The position numbers and the translations under genes are program-made. The notes under the pieces are model-generated. The model was not told the DNA's origin and ran no database searches. It worked only from the letters and a program-made list of their open reading frames with translations. Positions 14,701 to 26,020 of a stretch of DNA of 64,000 bases are shown here, piece after piece. Each line of letters opens with the position of its first letter. The stretch's first letter is position 1. Source of the DNA: Hyphochytrium catenoides. Taxonomy: Eukaryota; Protista; Hyphochytriomycota. Location: positions 1-64,000 of the forward strand of contig FLMG01001546.1 in NCBI GenBank assembly GCA_900088475.1, given 5' to 3'.

Positions 14701-15894
14701 ACGCTAGCAGAACCCAAGGGAGCGCCAGGGAGAGCACGCAGAATGATCAATTGAAGAAGGAAAGGAGGACGAGAGGTATTCAGACTATAAGGCAAAAAAG
14801 TGAGCAGAACCGTGTGGGAGGACTGAACGACCTCAACCCAAAACGCCCTTCGTCTGAAGATGCCTACCTCAAGCTGCTGGATTATTATATCGGGAGAGGG
14901 AGCCGAGATGAAGTGGTTGGGGCGCCAGCTATCTCTCTGGGAAAGCCGGCAAGTAAAAGAAGTGCAGCATGTAAAAGAGAGCAGTGAGGCTCAAGGGCAC
15001 CACGGAGAGAACCACTGTCCACAAGCGAGTGGGACAGAGTAGCAGGGAAGAGAGGAACACGGAGACTCTGGCTGTGACAGACGGAACAAGTACCTGAATG
15101 AAGCCCATGGCGCCACCATTCAGTTCCACCCTTAGCACTCTACCCGCTCCCGGCACCTTTCGCTCCTCAACTAGCCTACCAACACCCCAACTAGTAGAGA
15201 CTACGCAGTTTGGCTGAAGAGATACCTGGCTGGCCTGGCGTAAGGGGAGTAACAGGAGTTTAAGAAGTGGCAGAATAACGATGCTAACCGTCCGTTCTCT
15301 CACCTGAATGTATGCGTTGCATCTGAGATTCTGAAGGCGAATCTTCCACACTGTTTCCCTCTTCCAGCGTAAGCCAGATCCCTCGGACTGGTCTCTTCCA
15401 TGTCCACCATTGGAATCTAAGGTACTTCCTGTTAGGTCATTATGAACCTGCCTCAGATAGCCATTGCCTAAGGGTGTCTCCACCACGGTAGGCTGCGGCA
15501 GAGCCGCAAGCATGCTACGGTGATTGGAGTTCTTACGGCTCAATCAGAGGTATTCTTCCCCGTTCCCTGCTTTGCTGACTTTAGGAAGGCAAGACAGCAA
15601 GATCTCTCCGTTGCGGGGCTGACCCAATCTTATAGTATCCTCACTGACAGCAGAGACGAAGGGCTAAGGGCCAAGGGTTAATGCTGTCCAGGGGCTTATC
15701 GTGGTTGGAACAGGCTCTCAAGGAAGTAGGAGACTGGCACACCGTGAGATAAAGATCTGGGTCTGTGATCCTTCGCCGATGCGAAGCACCAGCTTGCGCT
15801 TCAAGTTGTTCTCCCAAATACCGCTAACCGTCAATGTGGGCGTTATCGTACATGGGGCTGTGTCTTTTGGGACGGCTGGAAGGGCAGCATATGA
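8730..15894 (-). CDS. Large multi-exon protein: beta-repeat N-terminus, coiled-coil, BPI/TULIP-like domain, four C-terminal PDZ-like domains
   Basis: About 20 hand-spliced exons. PDZ signatures: VKEGYSLVAINGLSL, IQKGDLLLSIGRKQV, LKVGDVLVAVNGTDVRG, GPLGINL...IRVGDYLIRVNGQ. Central DFLLAALPDIEIPPIDGTSKDVHYHITGIDLSGLKV...LEWSYEKKSFPYVTGAG...GSYFSAIYNFLAGLFQDDIRRYI resembles a BPI-like wrap. N-terminal VETPLGNG/VSTSWGVG repeats. The 5' end is uncertain because of the N gap at 15968-15995. Confidence 0.72.
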
Positions 15895-16446
15895 CTGAGA
15901 ATGATGCAGAGTAGGGCAGCAGAAGCAACACCACGACCACCAGCGGCAGCAGCAGCAGCAAATGGACNNNNNNNNNNNNNNNNNNNNNNNNNNNNATGGC
16001 TCTAAGCTGCAGTGAGGAGCGGCCATGACGGACTATATTCATTTAGACGCTATCCATCACGGTCTACCCACCACGTTCAAGGCTCGGACTTCACAATGGT
16101 CATGGCTACTGAGCACTGTCCGTACGAAGTAGTAGAAGACATACTGAGAATGAAGCTTGCTTGCTTGAGCCTCGGTAAGCAGAAGCACATTTGGACCATA
16201 GCCTGGACATAGTCACAAGGGGCAGAAAGAGTGGACAAAAGAAAGATAGATATTGGAGCTGTAAAATGTTAGCGGTCGATGATGTGCTAGGGAGCATAGT
16301 CTAAGGTAATGTCAGTGTTAGTCACTAATCTGTGAACTCGCCTTTCTAGGGAGCACTTAGGGAAGGATGCAAGCGCAGATGGTGTGTGAGAAGTCTTTTA
16401 TTATTCATCAAGGTGTCAGTTCGAAGGTAGTCGTACAAGGCTCCGT

Positions 16447-17517
16447 TTATCTGGTGCCTGGGCGAGCCCCTCCCAGGAATTGTGGGTTCATGGACGGGTA
16501 GTGGGCTGCTGATGGTCCAGCGGGCGGCCCTGGCAGTCTTGGTCGGGGAGCAGGAGGGAAGCCTGCTAACCCTCTTGGCGGAGGAGGAAGTAATGCACCT
16601 GGTGAAAGCCCAGGAGGAGGCGGAAGAACGGCTGGACCACTGCTCCCGGACTCTTGAGATCCACCAGGAGGTGGGCCTGCCCCTGGTAATCTTCTTTCTT
16701 GAGGCTTTGCCCAGGATAACCGTAGTCTAAGGCCCTTGATCTCGAGCTTATTGAACAATGAACTTGCAGCGCGCTCAGCCGCAGCACGATCTGTGTACTC
16801 AACGAATGCGCACCTCTGGCGTGGGACCACGGTTATATTCTGCAGCTCACCGAAAGAGTAGAACTGGCTCTTGATGTCCTCCTTAGAAATCCTTTCGTCC
16901 AGGTTGCCTACATACAGAGTCCGGATGCTGGAGTCTGCCGGTGGTTGGAGCTGAGGAAGTTCACGTAAGCGATTCTCTAGTTTTTGGGCCACAGGATCGT
17001 TGACGCCATAGAAGCGGTCTTTTATGTTCTGTTTAGCCAAGGGATCATCCTTGGACCTTGGCATCTCGTGCAGATACGGGCAAGTATCTCCTCGCGTACA
17101 CTCGCCTCTGGCAAAAAAGCTGCAAAGGTGTGGGAGATTACGCCTGTAGTAAGGCTTGCTTCTAGCTAAAGCCAGAAGGCGCTCATGGGTCTCTTTGCCA
17201 TATCTACTGCTTCCTTCAGCCTCGTCCTCCTGTCTGCTAGCCTGTTGAATCTGCCAATCTCTATTCGCATCGCTAACAGCGAGAGATTGCCTCTCGGCAT
17301 GCTNNNNNNNNNNNNNNNNNNNNNNNNNNNNNNNNNNNNNNNNNNNNNNNNNNNNNNNNNNNNNNNNNNATATCTTACATGACTGTCCAAAGCGCTCCTT
17401 TGTCATCCGAACGTAAGGGTTATCTCCGAGACAGGTCTCACAGACAATAGGGAAGTCGCCTTCTTCCCATCCTTCTTTGTTGATATCCTGCTTTATCGCA
17501 AGACCTCTTTCGCTCAT
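16447..17517 (-). CDS. RBM22: Pre-mRNA splicing factor RBM22/Slt11-Cwc2 family (CCCH Zn finger + RRM)
   Basis: [82 protein letters not shown]...CAFVEY and a Pro-rich tail HYPSMNP. Contains the N gap 17304-17369. Confidence 0.96.
   Translation of the reverse strand: MSERGLAIKQDINKEGWEEGDFPIVCETCLGDNPYVRMTKERFGQSCKIXXXXXXXXXXXXXXXXXXXXXXXHAERQSLAVSDANRDWQIQQASRQEDEAEGSSRYGKETHERLLALARSKPYYRRNLPHLCSFFARGECTRGDTCPYLHEMPRSKDDPLAKQNIKDRFYGVNDPVAQKLENRLRELPQLQPPADSSIRTLYVGNLDERISKEDIKSQFYSFGELQNITVVPRQRCAFVEYTDRAAAERAASSLFNKLEIKGLRLRLSWAKPQERRLPGAGPPPGGSQESGSSGPAVLPPPPGLSPGALLPPPPRGLAGFPPAPRPRLPGPPAGPSAAHYPSMNPQFLGGARPGTR
17304..17369. other. Assembly gap (others at 15968-15995 and 33671-33682)
   Basis: Runs of N. 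Confidence 0.99.
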
Positions 17518-18356
17518 CTTGTCTCCAATGATCAGAAGAATGGAATTGCAATGACCCTGAGAAGCACGATCCTCTCAATGGATCAGCGCTGCTCACTTCT
17601 CCTCCCCCTATTCTGCAAGTGGCCTCAGCCGGCCGGCGCTATTAACCTGCTTGACCAAGCGCTCAGCACTATTTGAAACCTATGCCGGAGCTCCTAGCGG
17701 TGATCAACGGTGATCAATATGTCACAAAGCAGCAAAGTAGAGCCAGCCTATTATGATGGGAAACAACTCTGCGGCACTCGTTGACAGGAAACCCAAGAAG
17801 TGTCCATGCAGGCTCTGTGTGCTCTCTATTGTATGGCTTTCTTCACTGTTTGAGCTCCCCTCTGAACCACAACCCACAGCAGAGAGAAAGAAAGAGATGA
17901 CTGCGCAGGAACAGACAAGATTGCAGGCGAAGCTCACAGAGATCAGTGGGCTAGTCTCTCCACTGATTACCAGGAATTAAGGCAGATCAGGATCAATTAC
18001 TTGATTACTTTCAGCATATGAAACGACATTTTTGCGGAGTGCATCTTTCTATAAGAAAAGCTCTTGAGCTTCAAACCAGCCGCCACCGTGTGTTCCCTTC
18101 TTTTATTAGCGCTTCAACCACCACCTCAATAGCGTTGTGATGGCTTGGACATTTTATAAGGAAGCTATAGCACTGACCAGCCAAGAATAGAAAGTAGCTG
18201 ACCTACCGCCTTGGAGAATGATGAAGATTGATGCGTCTTGCACATCGAATACAGCGAGTTGTGGTTGAGACTGGCTTGCTGACGATGATGAGGTCGTGTA
18301 AGTTACTAGCTCATGAGAGCTGCTAGGGTTGTACGCGTAAGCCTTGTTAAAAAAGT

Positions 18357-20911
18357 ATGCTGGGGAAACGGGAGATCCTGGCTACTGCAGGCTGCGGTCT
18401 CCTCAGGTCTGAACCCATTGACAGGTCGGTAGCCGAAGGTACCCGATCCTCTACACTCAAGCAGCTAGAGCAGATAAGAAAGGTTGGACAGAGTAAAGGT
18501 AAGGTGAAGGCTACCAATAATGAAAGCCAAGGAGGGGAGCAAGCTTGGGATGCAAAGGTTCTCAGCCTCTGTCAACGTGGTGCCTTCGGGCTCGATGGAG
18601 GGACACACGTGGCAGAAGTGTTTAGAAGAATGCGAAAAGATCGATTGTTAGAAGTGGACCTATCAGGCTGTCCCCTGGGCAACGCAGGGGCGCAGCTATT
18701 TAGCGAGTATCTTCTAGAAAGAGGATGTGTCGTCAGTGTCCTCAGGTGAGTCTATTGAAGGAGGTGAAAGGTCATGAAGAACGCGACCAAAGGCAGAAAG
18801 AGTTAAACGTCATAAATGGCAAGCACGACTATAGAAACATAGGTTCTAGGATGGGTGGAAAGGCCCATTTGCGGGCTCTAAGGAGAAGCTGAAAGAAGAA
18901 GGTCTAGCAATGGCTCCACATTTCCTCTGCCAACAATCAAATCAATATCCTGCTTTCTAGGTTAGCAAGTACTCGTATCGATCACGAAGGAGTGATGATC
19001 CTCGCGGAGACCATGAAGAAGAACGAAAGCCTTCGGGTGCTCACGTTGGCTGAAGCAGAGTTGCACTTAGTGGATCTTAAAGGGAAGACCAAGGCGTCCA
19101 TACACCTTAATCTGGCTAATCATTGCCTCCAAGATCTGGATCTCATAGTTATCTCTAAGGTAAATTCAGGGACTCCTTTGACTTGCTTGATCCACTGATC
19201 TGACACAAACGCACCAGCTGCTTGAAGATAATACAAGGACCGAGACGCTAGATCTCTCGTCGAACATGTTGCTTGGCAAGCACACAAGGAGGATGCACGG
19301 CTTAACTGCTTTCGCCGATGCTTTGAAGACTAACAAGCATCTGAAGGGCTTAAAGTACGACTAAATCTAACCGCTTTGAAGCTACCTTTCTTATCTATAT
19401 GCTCTTTACTAACTGGGAAAATCGCCAAAACTCTGTCACTTTGGCCGCTTCTAACCGCCCTTTGTTTGCTGTGTGTTACCCTTCAGCCTGGCTTCCAACG
19501 ATATTCACAGCGATGGCCTTCAAGTCATTGGGGGCGTGTTTGCTTGGAATCAAGTTATTAGCAGTCTCAGTATTAAGGATTGTCATCTTGGACTAGGGCC
19601 AAATATGACAACCTGCTCAGTGGGCGTGCTTCATCTCTGTGAGAATCTAAGACTCAATCGTGGTCTTAAGACTATCAAGTAGGTGTGCGTTCCGAATGAT
19701 CTTGGGGGTATCATCTGCCCCTGACGACCTGTCTACAGCTTGTCCGGCAACAGCATCACAGATGACGAGTCTACTGTTGGACTAACTTCCGTTATAAAAG
19801 CGCGTCTGGGGCTAGAATTCCTCGATCTTTCGCGGAACTCCATGGGCCCTGCCGCTGGATTGTACCTTGCAGAGGCACTCCTTACCAATAACAGCCTGAG
19901 CTCTCTGAGGTCAACCATCGGCCTTACCCCTATCCTTAGTGTTCCACCATATAGCCGTATTCGTCATTCACCATTGTGAGATGGGTACTGCTCGACTGAC
20001 CTCTTTCCTAACAGTATTGCAGCTGTTGAGCTCCATGGGCGGGGATTCATGAACTTTTTGGCTGTGCTAAAAGATCCTTTCTGCGGACTGAAGTGCTTAG
20101 AGTAAGGAGAATTTTTCTCAATCCCTTAAAAGCCGAAGCCATGGATTCGTATCATCTAACAAAAGATTCTTTTTCTGTCAAACTGCCAGTATTTCTCATA
20201 ACAACCTGGGCACAGTTGCCATAGCCTCACTGATCGAGGTGCTGGAGAAGGACAATACATCCATTGTAGAGATCAGGTACCTCTTCGGTTTGGTCCATCA
20301 CCAACAAGTTCGGTGCTTTTGAAAAGCTTAAGGAAATGACGGCGTTCAATAGGGCTGAAGGAAACAGCTTGAACGATTTTGAGCTGAAGAGGATCCAGAT
20401 GTGCTGTACAGCCAACCTTAACTTTGCTGAGGTGAAGAAGGTGCGCGTGGAAGTGGCATCAAATGGCGTTAGCGATGGATAGGTATTGATCCCCCACTCT
20501 TTGACTACAACACAGGACCTCGGACGTCTAGACTTTAGCACCATGGACAAGGAAGCCATCCTTCTCTTCCTCTACAGAGTACACAAGCTGGACCGCGAGG
20601 CCACTTTAGCACTAAGAGTGAATCCGAGCTTCGCATTGCTAGAGCTTGATGGAATGTATCTTCCACATTACTTCGCAGCGCAAGGAGATATAGAGCGAGC
20701 CAAACAGATGTCTGTCCTCTGGCACTTTAACAAGAAGTTTTACCAGCGCGAATGTGGTCAGGAAATATTTATGAGGAAAGTCAGACCCATCTTTGTCGCC
20801 CGGGCACTGAGAAAGCTTCGAGCCAGCATCATGGGCAATTCCTTCCGTAAATGGATTGTCATTGTGAGGATGATGCGGGAAAAGAATGACGTAATAAATG
20901 ATGGCGCATGA
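18357..20911 (+). CDS. Ribonuclease-inhibitor-like (NLRC3-type) leucine-rich repeat protein, ~9 exons
   Basis: Repeated LxxLxLxxNxL/IxxxG units (VDLSGCPLGNAGA, LNLANHCL, LDLSSNML, LASNDIHSDGL, LSGNSITDD, LDLSRNSMGPAAG, ISHNNLG) joined by GT-AG introns. Confidence 0.85.
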
Positions 20912-21135
20912 AGTCATCCGATCCTCTTATCTCTTGACATTGATCATCCGCTAAAAGCTCCTATTGTTGCAGGTTACATCACTTACATACCGCTGCCCCA
21001 CCCTTACCTTCCACATGGAGCCTGGGGCCCACCTTATGCAGCCAACAGCTTGTAGCTAAGCCGTGAATCAGCCAACAAAGAACTTTAATGAGAGAAGATG
21101 GGACTTCTTCGTTGCCTGGGAATCTCGTTCCTAAG

Positions 21136-21528
21136 TTAGTGGTGATGGTGGGCTGCACCCTGACCGCCAGTTGGATCGTATAGCTTGAAGTACTTGTCAA
21201 ACTTCTTCACGTAGAAGAGTGGGCCCTTCTCAAGGTTGAAATAGTCCACGTAAGAAGACTCTGCATATGCCACTCCGACAACCCTGGAGTCAAAAATTGA
21301 CGGAACCATGATGGGATCCTCTTTCGTGCCCTGTCCTGGCTTGACTGCAATGGGATCTCTATCGAAAATCTTCTCTCCGTGCTGATCAGCCTCTTCTTCC
21401 AAATGTTCCCTACCAACAGCAAAGTCCTTGTTCTCGGGGATCCCCGACAGTCCGCGAACAGCCATGCCTCTAAAGCTACGGATTTGGGCTGACCGCCTTG
21501 CCACACTAGCAAACCGTGCGAGAGACAT
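21136..21528 (-). CDS. COX5B: Cytochrome c oxidase subunit 5b (yeast Cox4 family), cysteine-free variant
   Basis: Mitochondrial presequence, then GREHLEE, GTKEDPIMVPSIFDSRVVG...YFNLEKG...YFKL, matching the COX5B pattern. Probable 5'-UTR intron ~21535-21620. Confidence 0.85.
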   Translation of the reverse strand: MSLARFASVARRSAQIRSFRGMAVRGLSGIPENKDFAVGREHLEEEADQHGEKIFDRDPIAVKPGQGTKEDPIMVPSIFDSRVVGVAYAESSYVDYFNLEKGPLFYVKKFDKYFKLYDPTGGQGAAHHHH

Positions 21529-23089
21529 GATTCCTGAAAGTAAACCACGATTAGCTCACTTTACAGGCCGAGTCGTGCTGTACAGAATTAAAGTGATAAG
21601 GCGAGAGTCACACTTGCCTACCTTTAGCTACTATTGTGGTCAGAGTCGTGATGAAAGGGCTAGTGCACCTAGTGCGGAAGGTCAGCAGACCAAAGAGAGC
21701 GCGGATCAAGTAAACTAAGCTGTAACAGAGCTCAATAATATCTGAAGAAACTCAGCCATCTGTCGCGAGCTATTGTATCTGGCTATGATGAGACCGGAGC
21801 TTCCTCTGTCTTTATCAAAGAACTGACTGGAGCTACAAGGGGAAAACCGCGCCTTCCTTAACATACTGACTGGCGGGAGTAGTAGTAGTAGTAATCCCTC
21901 GTGCTCAAGTATCTAGAGCCTTGTAGTCCACACTGCTATAGTAATAGCCCGCTGTAAGTCGCCCTGTCTTTGGTAAAGCGCACCCTGGTTACTTGACTTT
22001 AGTTATCAACCATCCGGCCAACTGAGAAAGAGCTGTTGAAGCACCAAACGTCATCACATCTTGAGGCGCGCCTGCTGTCGAGATCCTTTGTTCATCATTC
22101 ATCAATGCAACGTGAGAGATGAAGCAATGGATGAGCATGCCAACCTTGATGCCGGCGGCACTTTCGCCGATTGCCCTTCGTAGTCAGACCTTTACTACTA
22201 TTTCGGAGCTCTTCGCATTGATTACATAGCCATGAATCGGGCAGAAGAACGTATTGGACGAGGGCAATGATGGGATGGGTTTTGCCGGCTCCTTGTAAGT
22301 CCAGCCACTTAGGGCGGCAGACCACTCTCTTTATCGATTCGTTCGTACATTCAGATAAACTTTGATTTGAATGGATTATGGCACTCCACCACTTCAAGCT
22401 TTTCCTAGTTCACTGGCCCGATACCTTTCGGTGAATAACTGTACGCATTAATAGGCGATGACAACTTTTTATAAAAAGAACTTGTGCTATGCTGCTGTCG
22501 GACGTGTCCTGTAGTCCTGGATTCTTGCAAAAGAAGACCTTCCATAAGTTAGCTGGTTAACCCGCTAATGTTGATGTCAAGTGTTCTTTCCTATCTCTTC
22601 AGCTTCGAAGAGGGGATCTTTATAAGTAAGTTCTTCCAGGCACTCAACCTGACATCCATTGACGCCCTTCCGAACTTATTTGAATGGAAATGGCACTAGA
22701 TATCCACCTGGGTCCTAAGAACCGGCACCATACTATCTTGCCGTCAGGTTGTTCTCTTTCGTGCTGCTGCGAAGTGAAATTTCCCAAAGGTACAGGTACC
22801 CTGTTCTTCAAGGCGGTAGACAGCTCTTACTGTTCCAAGCCTTCCAAACCCTATAATACATGTCGCTGATAGAGCTCTCTTCATTCACTGTCCAGATAGT
22901 CCGTCATCACCGAAGAATGATCTTTAACTGAAGTTGCTTGGTGATGGAGATATTGGAGAAATAAAGTGTAGTTCTAGACGTGTACTTGGGGTTGTTATTC
23001 TCTATCAAAACTAAGGTTCGACTCCTCTAGCCGGCAACTCTGTCAGGGGTATCCTATCCCATGAGTCCTTCAGTCCCAGTTCGAGATGC

Positions 23090-24463
23090 TTATACCTGTA
23101 CCTTCATCCTCTTCTGAGCGCCTGACGCTGGTGGAGCTTTGGGTTGTGCTTTCCTCTTCTTCCCCTTACCGTCCTCAGCAGCTGGAGCGGCATTGAGAAT
23201 GTCGCTAAGTCCGACGCTCCTCTTCTCCTTGGACTGCTCATCCGCATCTTCAGAGTCCTCTTCAGTGGACTCTTTTGCCTTCCTTGGCGGTCGCTTGATG
23301 CCCGTCTTCCTTTTTGCCCCTGCCTTGGCCCCAGGCTTGGCAGCAGGCATGGAAACAGGGGCACTCTTTTTCTTTTTGATCGGACTAGCAATGGCTTTGG
23401 CCTTAGCCTTTGGAGCTTGTGCTGAATCCTCGCGCCTTTTGCGCATACGTTCTGCTGTTGCGGCATTCTCCTTTTGTCTGAAAGCCAAATCTGCACGCCT
23501 CTTGCGCATCCTTTCTTTTTCCCTCTCTCGAAATGTTGGATCCTCCCTTCGCTTGCGCATCCTCTCTTTTTCTCTCTCCCTGAATAAGGGATCTTCGCGA
23601 CGCTTCCGCATACGTTCGTTCTCTCTCCGACGGAAGTCAGGATCTTGTCGCCTCTTGCGCATCAGCTCCGCAGCTGCTGCCTTTTTCCTAGCCTTCACTT
23701 CATCTTCTTCTGATCTCCTGGACGAGCTCTCAGCGCCAGAAACTCCTTCAGCTTCTGCCTTGATTTCTTTTTTCTTTGCTCTCTCTAGAGCCGCAGCTTT
23801 ATATTGTTCCCTAAAGACAGGGTCCTCCTTCAGCTTCCGCCTCCTTTCAGCAGCAAGTTCCCGTTCCCTCTTTTTGAACTCCGGATCCATACGTTTTTTT
23901 CGCATCCGCTCGGCTGCAATCGCCTTTTCTCTCGCCTTAAATTCTGGGTCCTCACGCTTCTTGCGCATTCGCTCAGCTCCCTCGACCTTCTCTTTAGCTT
24001 TGAACTTGGGATCTTGACGCTTTTTCCTCATGCGCTCCGCAGCTCCTGCTTCGACCTGAGCCAGACGGGCAGCCTCCTCCTTTTTCTTCTGTCTTCGAGC
24101 TGCTGCCGCCGCTCTTTCCTTTGCCCTATAAGCAGGATCCTCTCGGCGTTTGCGTATTCTCTCCCTATTTAGGGCTAGTTTTTCGTGATTCTTGAAGTGC
24201 CGCAAGTGGCTGGGGCAATACTGCTCGCCAGGCTTAGCTAGACACGCACATTGTTCTCCCTGATTGTAGTTCACCGAGCTCTTCAAATAGAAAAAGATAC
24301 ACCGCTGCTGGCCGCTCCCTAGAAGTGGATCTTCAGTAGACATCTCTTGCCCTGGCTCAAAGTCATCTGGAACCTCAGCGGCTTCACCAACCTCATCCTC
24401 CGCAGCCTCGGGCATGTCGGGCTCCTGCAAAGCAGGGGCGGCCTCATGCTCCTCTCCCTCCAT
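23090..24463 (-). CDS. Putative nuclear DNA-binding protein: Cys/His finger + STPR-like charged helical repeats
   Basis: Intronless 457-aa ORF with RCIFF...QCACLAKPGEQYCPSH, about 10 ERMRK(K/R)RxDPxF repeats and multiple basic NLS-like patches. Confidence 0.8.
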   Translation of the reverse strand: MEGEEHEAAPALQEPDMPEAAEDEVGEAAEVPDDFEPGQEMSTEDPLLGSGQQRCIFFYLKSSVNYNQGEQCACLAKPGEQYCPSHLRHFKNHEKLALNRERIRKRREDPAYRAKERAAAAARRQKKKEEAARLAQVEAGAAERMRKKRQDPKFKAKEKVEGAERMRKKREDPEFKAREKAIAAERMRKKRMDPEFKKRERELAAERRRKLKEDPVFREQYKAAALERAKKKEIKAEAEGVSGAESSSRRSEEDEVKARKKAAAAELMRKRRQDPDFRRRENERMRKRREDPLFREREKERMRKRREDPTFREREKERMRKRRADLAFRQKENAATAERMRKRREDSAQAPKAKAKAIASPIKKKKSAPVSMPAAKPGAKAGAKRKTGIKRPPRKAKESTEEDSEDADEQSKEKRSVGLSDILNAAPAAEDGKGKKRKAQPKAPPASGAQKRMKVQV

Positions 24464-25937
24464 TGCTATGCTCGTGAAAGCTTCTCGTGATTCAGCTAAC
24501 CAGCTGCTCTAGCTAGATCTTGTGTTGGCTTGCGCGATGGTGCTTGTCGCAGTCTCCTTTCCAGGTTCCGCAGCTTCCAGCCACCGTTGCCCACTCTCGC
24601 ACCCTAGCTGTTTACTCCTCCGTAGATAAGCTGACACTGGTGGTCTTCGCAGCTCATTAAAGTCTTCGGTCTCCCACCCTAATGACACTAACGGCAAGCA
24701 GCTGATATACTCGACTAGCCTTGCATAGTCTTCTGCCTACAAAGGTGACCTCGGTTTACTAGCCAGAAGGCTAGACCTTGTGAGCGATACGTAGGACTCT
24801 GAAAGGAAGAGGAAATAGCTTGACAGGAGCAGTGAATATATCTCCAGCAGCTAAATGGCCTCTGGACTATCAACAACAGCTCGCCGGCGCCAGGGTTCCG
24901 TCGATTGCTGTTATTACAATCCCTTCTGTATAGGTGATGTCGAAGAAGAACCTCAACCAAGATCTGCTGTGAAGCACGAAACGACAAAGTGTCAACCCTT
25001 GAAAGGGGGAAGGACAATTCTCAAGTTTGAAAGTTGCTGTGTGTTTTGAATGTCTGCTGTCGGTGTGCGACGACCGCGCAGTGAAGAGTGAGAGGAAAAT
25101 CACAGGAAAGGTCTCCGTTCATCCGCTGTTCTGCCGTGTGTGTAGCGCATCTCTCCCTTACACCACCTTTATCTTGCAGTTCACTTGAGGGTCTTAGCCA
25201 GATTGTAGCCTCTAAGCACAAGTAGCTCAGGGACTCTGTCTCGCAGAAACAAGCTCTACTTTCTTTTTGTAGGCGTACCCCAATCTCCCTAACAAATCTA
25301 TGGACAGATGAGGCAGTACTTTGTTTGCTGTTTGAACACAGCAGGAATCTGTCTCCTCTGTACGTAGCCGTTGCATCCATTCACAGCTGCTGTTCATTTG
25401 GACAAGAGGCACTTGTACCCTTGTACAGTTGTACAGCTCTTTCTGGGAGGCACTTAAGTAAGTCCAACTATGCTTAGGTCCCTGAATACCTGGATAAGTA
25501 CCGCTATTGCACTATATTTCATAGGCTACATGCCGCAAATACTTTGTAAGTATCATCCACTTTGCGACGTTAGCCGCTATATTGGGGCAGGCTGGAATGG
25601 AGGCCTTGTCCTTGGCCGCTCCAGAGGTCATCAGAAAGGCACAACAGTGCAGTTTGCTTCTTGCTGGGTGAGATGATAATGAGGATGATGATGACTCTGC
25701 CAAGCAAGAGCATGTCGCAGTAGGGCAGCATCACTCAGTCATTATTCGAACCACCAGCTTCACTATAGAACTCCATTCAAGGTTTCCACGGCTTGTCTCT
25801 CTCCCCATTCGCTCTAAGCAGATTGCCGCGTTCGCGTAGTAACCCAACAGCGTGTGTTATCAGCGCTTTGCGCTCGCACTCACTAGCATCTAAGCCAGAG
25901 ACGTATGCGGGCCGCCAAGATCTCTAGCATTAGCTTA

Positions 25938-25977
25938 GTTACAGTTAGATAGAGGAGGTTACAGTTAGATAGAGGAG
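25938..25977. repeat. Perfect 20-bp tandem duplication (gttacagttagatagaggag x2) upstream of SSU72
   Basis: Directly visible. Confidence 0.95.
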
Positions 25978-26020
25978 GAATCTCGCTTGCTGCGCAGGCG
26001 ACTTCCTTGTTAGCTCTGAA

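Noticed and set aside
18218-18283. ATGATGA...CTGA pair upstream of the LRR gene
   Set aside because: No convincing rRNA antisense element or terminal stem.
21786-21870. Possible C/D-box snoRNA (ATGATGA...CTGA with gccttcctt, reminiscent of U14 domain B)
   Set aside because: Only ~9 nt of rRNA complementarity, no GGATG continuation, no U14 domain A and no terminal stem.
21720-23080. 1.3-kb interval as hidden gene or TE relic
   Set aside because: Only short ORFs with no recognisable domain, terminal repeats or consistent splice path.
23139-24017. Long antisense ORFs (also 27217-27660, 28952-29578, 54604-55341 and many within SERCA/NPHP4)
   Set aside because: Shadow frames of real genes on the opposite strand, with no independent motifs.
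25938-25977. Short direct repeats as CRISPR or TSD (also 28367-28390, 63681-63706)
   Set aside because: Two or three adjacent copies without spacers, i.e. simple slippage duplications.
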